Shown: in pieces, positions 1 to 8,099 of the stretch
Layout: every line of letters begins with the position of its first letter
Position numbering within the stretch: position 1 is the first letter of the stretch
DNA from: Promethearchaeota archaeon
GTDB taxonomy: Archaea; Asgardarchaeota; Hermodarchaeia; Hermodarchaeales; Hermodarchaeaceae
Direction of reading: 5' to 3'
Assembly: GCA_048938295.1 (NCBI GenBank)
Contig: JBHLMI010000025.1
Coordinates: 1-32,000 of the forward strand
Length of the DNA: 32,000 nucleotides
Translations under genes and position numbers: made by a program
Notes under the pieces: model-generated
The model's input: only the letters and a program-made list of their open reading frames with translations
Told to the model about the DNA's origin: nothing
Databases searched by the model: none

Positions 1-101
1 ACAGTGCTGTCGCAGTTGCCATTATCATCGTAATTGGACTGATTCTCATTCCATATCTCAAGAAATCCAATCTCATCAAATACTACAAGGGGCCTCAATA
101 G
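1..101 (+). CDS. 3' end of a CDS truncated by the window edge; C-terminal transmembrane helix plus basic tail
   Basis: Frame 3 reads SAVAVAIIIVIGLILIPYLKKSNLIKYYKGPQ, stop TAG at 99-101. A hydrophobic run followed by KK is typical of a C-terminal membrane anchor. Confidence 0.6.
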   Translation, partial: SAVAVAIIIVIGLILIPYLKKSNLIKYYKGPQ

Positions 102-271
102 GACGAAATCATCTTTCAGCGGTGTTGTATTATCTAATGACGACACTCTAGGTATGAGTGGAAACTCAGAATTCATTTCGATTACTGGATATAGGTTATC
201 ATGACTGATCGTTTGCTGGGAACCGATAATTTAAGTTCAGAATAGTAGTTCTTGTTTGAGGTGAGTATCTG

Positions 272-706
272 TTGTCGCCGATAAAACGCGGAAACTCTAT
301 TCCTAATGAATTACCACCGGTTCCTACAACTGCGGTTTCCATTGATTCGCCATCCCGCTCTACTTCAACCTATATCTCCTTTGGCCTCCTCTTCTTTGGT
401 GCCCTGCTTGCCACTGTCAATATCGGAAACGCCATTTATCTGCAACTTTCTGTCCTTATCCCCTCCCTACCCCCATGGATGGGTTTCCAAATCTGGAACT
501 ACATTATCTTAGATGCTATCTTAGTGGTCGGATTGGTTTTCATGTATATTGGCGCAGTTGTTGTTTATTTCGAAAAGGGATGGCCCTATGGAGGCGTTAT
601 CGCGTTATTGGGGGCTTTCATGACAATACAGTTATTCAGCATCATTCTGGGCGGATTAGGTGCCTTCATTGCTTTTTGTAGTCGCCCAGAACCGAAGAGA
701 ACATAA
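272..706 (+). CDS. Uncharacterised membrane protein (3-4 TM)
   Basis: 144-aa ORF; SD GAGGTGA at 258-264, 7 nt before the TTG; Pro/Ser-rich N-terminus followed by hydrophobic segments. Confidence 0.7.
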   Translation: MSPIKRGNSIPNELPPVPTTAVSIDSPSRSTSTYISFGLLFFGALLATVNIGNAIYLQLSVLIPSLPPWMGFQIWNYIILDAILVVGLVFMYIGAVVVYFEKGWPYGGVIALLGAFMTIQLFSIILGGLGAFIAFCSRPEPKRT

Positions 707-753
707 ACAATGGACGCCACTTTCTCAATATCGCTTCGCTGAGGAGATGCTTC

Positions 754-1077
754 TTGCCGATTATCGATATTTGGGAACAGGTCCGTCAGATGCAACAGCC
801 ATGGGCTCCCAAAGAAATCGCCCGAATCAATGATCAGGTCATCCGTCTCGCCTTGTTTGATGGTCAGTTCCCCATGCACAAGCATTCAAACGCCGATGAG
901 CTCTTCTTTGTCTTAAAAGGGAAGATACTTATTCGGCTTAAAGGGCAGCCCGACATTGAATTATCTGAGGGGAAGATGGCGGTCATTCTCAAAGGTATCG
1001 AACATTCTCCAAAAAGCCTTGAGCCCTCATATGTTCTGATGTTCGAACCCTTGGCCTTAAATCCGAGGGGCGACTGA
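754..1077 (+). CDS. Cupin-domain protein
   Basis: Cupin motifs FPMHKHSNADELFFVLKG and VILKGIEHSP; SD GAGGAG upstream. Confidence 0.9.
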   Translation: MPIIDIWEQVRQMQQPWAPKEIARINDQVIRLALFDGQFPMHKHSNADELFFVLKGKILIRLKGQPDIELSEGKMAVILKGIEHSPKSLEPSYVLMFEPLALNPRGD

Positions 1078-1234
1078 GGTGAATTATTCACAGAAGGTTA
1101 TCAACTCTTTGTTTCGAGAGTTTGCGACCTAATTAAAGAAAAGATCCTTGAGTGGTTGGAATCAGTAGAAATCACATTAAAGCTCATGGATTAGAACAAG
1201 CCAACAAACTTTTCCCCCCATCTCGAATTGTTCC

Positions 1235-2209
1235 TTGGCGATTTCAAACTTGCGTAATCATACATGGAAATACACAGGTCCGATTTTCGACGCACATACC
1301 CATGTCTGGGAAACCACGAACCTTCGTCAAAATATCGAGGAACAGATGGAACTAGGTATCAAATCTCAATTAGTAATAGCCCACAGTGCTAAGATCCGTG
1401 ATTTCACGGACGGAGAATTTCCAAATACATTTGTTTTCGCAAAATATCTATCTACTCAATATGTCATTGGATCCCAAGTTGAGATTGTGTTATCTGAAAT
1501 CGAAACAATGCGGGAAGAGGGATTCTCGCTAGCGAAAATGTGGGCGGCTCCCGGCTGGCGGAACTATTTCAAGAACTACGAAGGGGTGTTTCAACTTACT
1601 GACCAACGCTACAAACCCATATTCGAGCTGTTAGCCTCGAATGGATTTCCCCTACTGTTGCATATGTCAGACCCAGATACGTACTACGCGTCTACATATT
1701 CGAATGCAAAGATTTACGGAACCAAAGAAAAACACCTCAACGAATTAGAAACCCTGATCCAAAGTTTTCCTGATTTGCAATTCCAGCTAGCTCATTTTGC
1801 AGCTCAGCCTGAGATCCATCGCCTACCCCATCTGGCTGAATGGTTTGAGAAATATGATAATATCGTTGTCGATACCGCCTCCTCGCGGTGGATGGCCCGA
1901 GAACTTAGTAAAGATCCAGATGCTGCGCGCAATTTTCTTATTCGCTTTTCGAAACGAATCCTCTTTGGAACTGATGGCACCTTGAATGCTTCATCGAAAC
2001 AAGTGACCTCTACGTCGATGTCACCCTATAAGGCCAGATTACTCGCACAGCGTATCCTGTGGGAAACAAGTGAACATCACACTCCACTTCCGTTCCCTGA
2101 CAGGGATACTGAATCCATTGGTGGCACTTTCATCAATGGGCTGAATCTTCCCAATCACGTATTGAAGGATTTATACTGGCAAAACGGGAAACGTATTTAC
2201 GATTTCTGA
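1235..2209 (+). CDS. Amidohydrolase-family (TIM-barrel, Amidohydro_2-like) metal-dependent hydrolase
   Basis: IFDAHTH (HxH), LLLHMSDP, LAHFAA, VVDTAS and ILFGTD motifs in the expected order. Confidence 0.85.
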   Translation: MAISNLRNHTWKYTGPIFDAHTHVWETTNLRQNIEEQMELGIKSQLVIAHSAKIRDFTDGEFPNTFVFAKYLSTQYVIGSQVEIVLSEIETMREEGFSLAKMWAAPGWRNYFKNYEGVFQLTDQRYKPIFELLASNGFPLLLHMSDPDTYYASTYSNAKIYGTKEKHLNELETLIQSFPDLQFQLAHFAAQPEIHRLPHLAEWFEKYDNIVVDTASSRWMARELSKDPDAARNFLIRFSKRILFGTDGTLNASSKQVTSTSMSPYKARLLAQRILWETSEHHTPLPFPDRDTESIGGTFINGLNLPNHVLKDLYWQNGKRIYDF

Positions 2210-2305
2210 GAGATTTTGTAGTCCAGTCAGTGAATTGATAAAGGCTTTTTAGTTACACATGAGCACTGTCGCATTACCTGAACCATTTCGGAGGTCTAAC
2301 TTCTT

Positions 2306-2686
2306 ATGTCGGACGAATCGACAGCTACGACGCTTATTCTGCTGGGGGCTATTTTCCAGTTAATTCTTGCCATTCTCTTGCTACTTGGTGGTTTGGGGAG
2401 CAGCATTGGTACTACCATTGGACTCTTGTTGGGAGGGATTAGCACTCCGCTAGACTTGGTCTGGGTCGCTTTCCCTGGAGTGCCCCTTATGGTGTTAGGC
2501 ATCCTGGGTCTTGTATTTGGGACCTACTGGTTCCGCTGGCGCCATACACCCACTGACTACAAAGAAAAACTCATTCTGACAGGAATCGTTGCCCTCATCT
2601 TCGCTGGAGTGCTACCCGGGCTTCTCGTATTAATCGGCGGCGCCATTGTTCCAGGTGAAGACACTTATCCTCAAAGTAACTCATAA
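2306..2686 (+). CDS. Uncharacterised membrane protein (3-4 TM)
   Basis: 126 aa, Gly/Leu-rich hydrophobic segments. Confidence 0.75.
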   Translation: MSDESTATTLILLGAIFQLILAILLLLGGLGSSIGTTIGLLLGGISTPLDLVWVAFPGVPLMVLGILGLVFGTYWFRWRHTPTDYKEKLILTGIVALIFAGVLPGLLVLIGGAIVPGEDTYPQSNS

Positions 2687-2732
2687 TTTCATCTTCTACC
2701 TCTTGAGATCTAAAAACTGGGAAGCGATTGGC

Positions 2733-2954
2733 TCACATTTCTTTCCGGCAAATAAAATAGCTGAATCCAATCACTAACATTATGCAACCTCCTACTTGGC
2801 AGACAATGACTAACTGGTCCAGATTCGGAATCGTGTAAAGTGTATTCAGGAGAATAAGTATAATTGGTAAAATAACTGCTATTCCGGCTCCTGAGAAGAT
2901 TATAAGGCTCATGGCCAAGTCCAGTTTGGCGTCAAACCGATATTCGGTTGTCAT
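2733..2954 (-). CDS. Small 2-TM membrane protein
   Basis: 73 aa with two hydrophobic segments; GGTG SD-like motif shortly before the ATG on the minus strand. Confidence 0.6.
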   Translation of the reverse strand: MTTEYRFDAKLDLAMSLIIFSGAGIAVILPIILILLNTLYTIPNLDQLVIVCQVGGCIMLVIGFSYFICRKEM

Positions 2955-3030
2955 AATCTCGCACCAATAGTGGAACTCGCCTTCCTCTTGGTTTTTATGT
3001 TTATGTTAGCGGCTAAGAGCCATAATATTG

Positions 3031-3819
3031 TCAGGGAAAGCTATTCACACCAATAATAAGCGATTGGCAGATGGCATCATACAGCTGGTCTGATAACTCA
3101 ACATACCGGTCCTGGTCCTTTCCCCTAAAAACCAAATCGTTCCACGATCCCATTCCACCAAAGACCCAACCTTGAAAACACCCAGCGATGAGTTGCTGCG
3201 CCTCCTTAGAGAAGCAACCTCGTGGAAGAAGGTCGGAGTCAGCCAGTGGGTCTTCTGCCACAAGGCTCTCTCGAGCTGACTGAAACCATTTTACCCAATT
3301 CACTAAGCGTTGCTCCCGAGCAAACCCACCAATTTTATCTAAGATATCCTGAAGATGCTGAATCGCGTTCTGCACTGATTTATTACGATAAGTTAATGGC
3401 ACTCCACCGCCTGCCGTGATGAAATAATATACCTTCCAGACTCCGCCTTTAGCCATGCGCCAACCAGCTTCCCATAAGTCGCTAGAATCAGCATACAATG
3501 TTTCCATTATCCACTCTCCTCCGCCCCCAACAAAAGCAGCCCCAATTCTATCAGCAATCTCTATTTGTGGAGAATGTCCGTAGAAAAGTCGCACCCGGCC
3601 AACGCCTTTTTTCTGCAACACTTCAAACCATTGATTCGGCGTCTCTGCTAGAATACGGAAATCATCTAGTGCGCCTTCAGGCGTTAACTCACCAAATTCA
3701 ATACTTCGGCAAAACCTAGCCGTAGAATGATCTAAGCTAAAATCAACTGAGTGGTCCTGAAGCACTGCATTAGCAAAAGCTGATAGTGACAGCATCTGGG
3801 CAATATTAATGTTCATCAC
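3031..3819 (-). CDS. Hypothetical protein with C-terminal WVFGGMGSWND motif
   Basis: 262-aa ORF filling the gap between neighbours; globular composition; distinctive GGMGSWND motif. Confidence 0.75.
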   Translation of the reverse strand: MMNINIAQMLSLSAFANAVLQDHSVDFSLDHSTARFCRSIEFGELTPEGALDDFRILAETPNQWFEVLQKKGVGRVRLFYGHSPQIEIADRIGAAFVGGGGEWIMETLYADSSDLWEAGWRMAKGGVWKVYYFITAGGGVPLTYRNKSVQNAIQHLQDILDKIGGFAREQRLVNWVKWFQSARESLVAEDPLADSDLLPRGCFSKEAQQLIAGCFQGWVFGGMGSWNDLVFRGKDQDRYVELSDQLYDAICQSLIIGVNSFP

Positions 3820-3907
3820 TGTGCTCTTCTAAATCGGCTCATAAATTATTATGCGAACAGGCTAGACATCATCAAATACAAATACTTCAACTGCTTACAA
3901 ATCCGCG

Positions 3908-4552
3908 GTGCCCAACGTGACAGAAGACCTAGTCTTTATCCTTGTCTTTTTACTCATGTACGCCATTTTCGGTTTTGTCAGAATTTATTATCGCCGCAAA
4001 GCTGCGAAGGCAAAACGTGAGCATAGCGTTCAGCCACCTAAGACGAAACCCATCCGTTCATGGGCGCATACCGCGATCTCCATTAGCATCCTGGGTATGC
4101 TAATTGCATACCTCCTCTATCTGTTCGTTACACCTTGGTTCCCGTGGTTTCCTCTTCCCATTCCCTCATTGGTGCGGTGGATTGGTGTGATTCCTTGTGT
4201 AGTTGCCATCCCCCTCCTCATCTGGACCCACCGAACGTTGGGTCGCAGTTATTCACCTGAACTAGAAATTCAAGACCAACACCAATTGGTCAATACAGGC
4301 CCCTATGCTCGTATCCGCCATCCGATGTATACCGTCTTCATCCTATTCACTATAGGAACCGTACTCATCACTGCTAACCTCTTTATCACCATTTTTGGGC
4401 TCTTAGTCTGCTTTCTCCTTTATCCCATTTCCAAACAAGAGGAGCAAATGCTCATCACTGAGTTTGGCGACCAATACCGTGGCTACATGAACCGTACTGG
4501 CAGGTTCCTTCCACGGATTCGCCAATCCTCCCAATGGGAGGAGGATAGCTAA
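3908..4552 (+). CDS. Isoprenylcysteine carboxyl methyltransferase (ICMT/Ste14/PEMT)-family membrane methyltransferase
   Basis: Multi-TM protein with LVNTGPYARIRHPMY signature, EE near the C-terminus and the Y...TGRFLP ending. Confidence 0.9.
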   Translation: MPNVTEDLVFILVFLLMYAIFGFVRIYYRRKAAKAKREHSVQPPKTKPIRSWAHTAISISILGMLIAYLLYLFVTPWFPWFPLPIPSLVRWIGVIPCVVAIPLLIWTHRTLGRSYSPELEIQDQHQLVNTGPYARIRHPMYTVFILFTIGTVLITANLFITIFGLLVCFLLYPISKQEEQMLITEFGDQYRGYMNRTGRFLPRIRQSSQWEEDS

Positions 4553-4555
4553 AAG

Positions 4556-5368
4556 ATGGTTAACAAAAAAGACGCCACAACATATCAGGGGATTCAACTC
4601 AATGTCTCCGAAGCTGCTGTCCTCCAAGATTTAGAGGAAATTATTGGAGAGCCCATTCCTCCTAGTGGCATCGCCTTCTACAGAACAGGGTTTGTTCACG
4701 CTAACCAGCATGTCACGGGGCTTAGCCTTCACAACAAGCAACTCACTATTATCCCAGAAGGCATACATGCACTCACCCAACTTGAACGATTATACCTTCG
4801 TGATAACCAACTCACTACTCTTCCAAGTACTATTGGCATGCTCACGCATCTTCAAAACCTTGATGTCTTTAATAATAAAATCACAAAACTCCCTGAAACC
4901 ATCGGTGAACTCTCGCAACTACGGCGCTTCGACCTCTCTAGGAATTTCACTCCTTCGCTTCCCAAAAACATTGGAAACCTTCAATCGCTTGAACGACTCG
5001 GGCTTCTCAATATCCAATTAGAATCCCTACCAGATACCATTGGAAACCTTACAAATTTATGGGATTTCATCGCTTCCATCAATCACCTCATGTCCATCCC
5101 TGATTCTATTGGCAAACTTACCAAGTTAAAACGCCTCGTTCTTCACGAAAACTCACTCACCACGATTCCGGACACGCTCGGACAGTTGGTAAACCTAGAA
5201 CTACTCTCCCTGCATTCAAATCAACTCACAACCCTCCCTTCAACTGTGACTCAATTAAAATCGCTAACAGTTCTTAGACTAGAACACAATCAATTCAAGC
5301 CCATTTCTACAGCGGTTATAAAATGGATCTCAGACTTGAAATCAAAGGGATGCAGGGTCCGAATCTAA
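4556..5368 (+). CDS. Leucine-rich repeat protein
   Basis: About eight consecutive 23-aa repeats of the type LTTLPSTIGMLTHLQNLDVFNNK, with short N- and C-terminal caps. Confidence 0.95.
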   Translation: MVNKKDATTYQGIQLNVSEAAVLQDLEEIIGEPIPPSGIAFYRTGFVHANQHVTGLSLHNKQLTIIPEGIHALTQLERLYLRDNQLTTLPSTIGMLTHLQNLDVFNNKITKLPETIGELSQLRRFDLSRNFTPSLPKNIGNLQSLERLGLLNIQLESLPDTIGNLTNLWDFIASINHLMSIPDSIGKLTKLKRLVLHENSLTTIPDTLGQLVNLELLSLHSNQLTTLPSTVTQLKSLTVLRLEHNQFKPISTAVIKWISDLKSKGCRVRI

Positions 5369-5437
5369 CTCCCTGAAATAGAAGCTAAGGTTATATTACT
5401 ACCACCTGCTCATATGCATATCCTGAGGGATACTTGA

Positions 5438-6073
5438 ATGCCAAAACCAACCATTACCTTTCTCGGTAACTCGGGCTTTCTTCTTGAATACAAAAATTCG
5501 TCTCTGCTTATCGACCCGCAAAATAAAAAGTCTGGTGATCGAAAAGGTGACATCGTCTACTGCACCCACAACCATCCTGATCATGTTGGTGGAGTAAACG
5601 TCTTCATGGAGCAAAACCCGGTTGCCTTTCTAATCGGAAACATCGAGGTTGCAAAGAAATTCTCCAAGTGGACCCATCGCACGATAGTTGTCCACGAAGG
5701 CGAATTCATCCAACAGACCCCCTGGAATCTACGATTCATTCAGGCACCTCCTGGACTAACCAAAAGCAAAACAAATCTCGGAGTCATCATCCGAGCTGAT
5801 GATTTCACCTTCGGTCATGTCGGCAATGCAGTACAATTCAATGGCTTTGCAGGCGCGAAACTAGCTGTTCTTGCGGTTCCCATTTTTGGAGGCTTCACCG
5901 CTTCCTCAAAACGGACCATCGAAGAGTTGAAGAAATTCGACCCGCCCCTACCAATCATTGTACCCATGCATTGGGTCTACAGAAATCCCACAAAATTTTG
6001 TGAGCAGTTAAAACGCGAAATCCCTAAAGTGACCTGTCTTCTCCCGACAAAGAATGAAACCCTGCCTATCTAG
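5438..6073 (+). CDS. Metallo-beta-lactamase-fold protein (UPF0173/UlaG-like), partly degenerate metal site
   Basis: ITFLGNSGF, LLIDP, THNHPDHVGG (HxHxDH) and VPMHW motifs. Confidence 0.85.
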   Translation: MPKPTITFLGNSGFLLEYKNSSLLIDPQNKKSGDRKGDIVYCTHNHPDHVGGVNVFMEQNPVAFLIGNIEVAKKFSKWTHRTIVVHEGEFIQQTPWNLRFIQAPPGLTKSKTNLGVIIRADDFTFGHVGNAVQFNGFAGAKLAVLAVPIFGGFTASSKRTIEELKKFDPPLPIIVPMHWVYRNPTKFCEQLKREIPKVTCLLPTKNETLPI

Positions 6074-6191
6074 CCATTTGATTTCTTGACCACCCTTATC
6101 CCTCGCCTGTGCCGACGCCTCGACGTTTTTTCCTACTCAAATGTTGGTGAAATTCTTTAATATGAAGCCCTATAACAATCAAAAATTCGGT

Positions 6192-7001
6192 TTATAGTAA
6201 TGTGATTATCATTCCCCATTGACCGATACTTAGCTGAAGTTCATCTCTGAATTCTTTGACATACCCTTCTTCAATACGAATAGAGGTGTTCTCTTTCACT
6301 TGCCTAATCTGCTCATTCCAAAGTACGAGTTTGATTGAACCAGTGTCATCTGAAAGTTTTGTATCGACTACCTTGAGTTCTTCACCTGTCTTTTTCGAAA
6401 TCACTTTACGTGGACTCGAGACATGATCCACCTTTCCCTCAACAACAATTCTCTGCTGACCGTTCTGAATATCTGTAATCTGTGACATAGATTGTGGAAA
6501 TTCATCTGACATCCTTTTTTCATAATAGATGCCAGTCCACGTTAGATAATCATGGGTTGTACCTATCTGAACAAATCCAAGACTCTTATAGAAAGGATTC
6601 GTTCTAACATTCCACTCAGGAGTGCCTACCACCCACAGATCTGCGGATACGTATTGCTCCCAGACAAGTTCGAAGGCCTTTGTCCCAATCCCCTTTCTCA
6701 TATAATCAGGGTCGACCCAGATTCGCTCACAGACCTGATACCCTGGACCTCGATTCCCAACAATGAATCCGCCAACAACTTCTGAACCAAACACAATCTT
6801 CCGATACTGCAGCCACTTATTCTGAATTGCCTTAGTATTCCATTCAATCGAGTCATACCCTGGTGGACCACCCGAACCAGGAGCACCAAAATTCAAGTCT
6901 GAATCAAATGACCTCCGACATGTTGCTGTCAGGATCTCCGCATCTTCAACCACTGCCTTCTGCAGCAACACTTCACGAGATTGATTCATACTCAACACCA
7001 A
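6192..7001 (-). CDS. GNAT N-acetyltransferase fused to a C-terminal SSB/RPA-like OB fold
   Basis: Acetyl-CoA motif VDPDYMRKGIG and FYKSLGF in aa 1-164; the segment LSDDTGSIKLVLW...GYVKEFRDELQLSIG (aa ~172-269) matches crenarchaeal SSB-type OB folds. Confidence 0.85.
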   Translation of the reverse strand: MVLSMNQSREVLLQKAVVEDAEILTATCRRSFDSDLNFGAPGSGGPPGYDSIEWNTKAIQNKWLQYRKIVFGSEVVGGFIVGNRGPGYQVCERIWVDPDYMRKGIGTKAFELVWEQYVSADLWVVGTPEWNVRTNPFYKSLGFVQIGTTHDYLTWTGIYYEKRMSDEFPQSMSQITDIQNGQQRIVVEGKVDHVSSPRKVISKKTGEELKVVDTKLSDDTGSIKLVLWNEQIRQVKENTSIRIEEGYVKEFRDELQLSIGQWGMIITLL

Positions 7002-7114
7002 AACCTACAGGATAACACCCTGCTGTCTCTTCTACTCCGAAGATAAACAAGCAAAAGCGGCGCCCAGTATAAATCGTTTACTTGCCTAATCCAATCTACT
7101 CAAAATTAATATAA

Positions 7115-7345
7115 TATAGTCAAAGCCGCGTTCTCGACCCCGCGCCTTCTCGGCGCCTCGACGCCGCCCCTTATGGAAGCACACTCGCCTGGGAGAAAGG
7201 TGTGGCTACAGATTTCCAGCGGGGATATCGAGGTTTTTAAAATTCTAGGCTTGCATTGCGGCTTTTCCTCGTTGAAGCCAAGTATGCTTGTTCCCGGGGT
7301 AAACCTCTGGAGACAGGGCTTTTGTCCTGCCACCTTTCTCGCTGT
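7115..7345 (-). ncRNA. Putative structured non-coding RNA, family unassigned
   Basis: GC-rich island in a 600-nt intergenic gap with several long complementary segments (7122-7129/7258-7265, 7133-7143/7219-7232, 7193-7206/7329-7340, hairpin 7151-7166). TATA-like ATTATAAG at 7373-7366 on the minus strand and an A/T-rich end; G-U wobbles favour the minus strand. Confidence 0.45.
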
Positions 7346-7611
7346 CTTACTGTGCGTTGTGGCGCCTTATAATGGTTACGTTTGTGCTCTGTGTAGAAGG
7401 TTAAAGGGTGCGGAAAAATGATTTAAGTCGGTGCTATTTTCGTCTTAATGGTTTTACATGGATGATTACAGGATTTTAGAGGCTCTGGTTGGCTTTCACG
7501 GGAAATGGCGCTAAACGCGATGCTATTCCTTTAGAATCGAAGCCGAAGTTATAAATGTAAGATATGTAGAACAGGGGGCGCCAAAACACCTACGGGTGGG
7601 TAAAAAACACA

Positions 7612-7968
7612 ATGCAAATCTTAGCAACTGTCTTGATGTTCATCATCAACTGGTTCGTTCTAGCGTTCATCATCATGCTGGCTGCGAAATTAGTAGCTGG
7701 TATGGAAGCAACCTTTGTTAAAGCACTGATTGCATCCCTTATTGGTGGCATTATCTCCGCAATACTCTACTATGCCTTTCTACTAGTTCTCGCACCCTGG
7801 TTCTGGGCTGCAGGAATCGTTATCTTCATTGTCTATCTGCTGGTAATTAGGTACTACTTCGGAACAGGATGCCTAGGGGCGCTGATTATCGCTATCCTAG
7901 CGATTATTATCTATTTGATATTCGCTTGGCTCTTTCAATTCTTCCTGGCTCCACTTCTACCCTTCTAA
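7612..7968 (+). CDS. Uncharacterised 4-TM membrane protein
   Basis: 118 aa, almost wholly hydrophobic; TATA-like TTATAAA near 7549 and a terminator downstream. Confidence 0.8.
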   Translation: MQILATVLMFIINWFVLAFIIMLAAKLVAGMEATFVKALIASLIGGIISAILYYAFLLVLAPWFWAAGIVIFIVYLLVIRYYFGTGCLGALIIAILAIIIYLIFAWLFQFFLAPLLPF

Positions 7969-7970
7969 GA

Positions 7971-8012
7971 AAGAGGAGCCGTTTTCAGGCTCCTTCTTTC
8001 CTTCTTTTTTTT
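7971..8012 (+). terminator. Hairpin plus T-tract terminator
   Basis: AAGAGGAGCC-gttttca-GGCTCCTTCTT followed by a long pyrimidine/T run. Confidence 0.65.
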
Positions 8013-8099
8013 ATACTATGACAGGTTAGGGTTCAGTGTTAATCAGCAAAAAGATTGTACATGAAAGGTGACTGAGTACTGATTCGCGCTTTAATCGGC

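Noticed and set aside
154-167. TGAGT-GGAA-ACTCA hairpin in the first intergenic region
   Set aside because: Isolated 5-bp stem with no further structure.
7115-7345. Calling the structured element canonical RNase P RNA, SRP RNA, 5S rRNA or tRNA-Sec
   Set aside because: RNase P: no P1 closing helix, no bulged U in P4, no S-domain motifs. SRP: no helix-8 GGAA/AGCAG motif. 5S: no loop C/E motifs. tRNA: no T-loop or UCA anticodon arm.
7106-7421. Short ORFs 7106-7333 (-) and 7173-7421 (+)
   Set aside because: No SD, no recognisable motifs, and they overlap each other; the sequence is better explained by RNA structure.
7587-7598. CACC-UACG-GGUG tetraloop hairpin in the leader of the 7612 gene
   Set aside because: Only 4 bp; could arise by chance.
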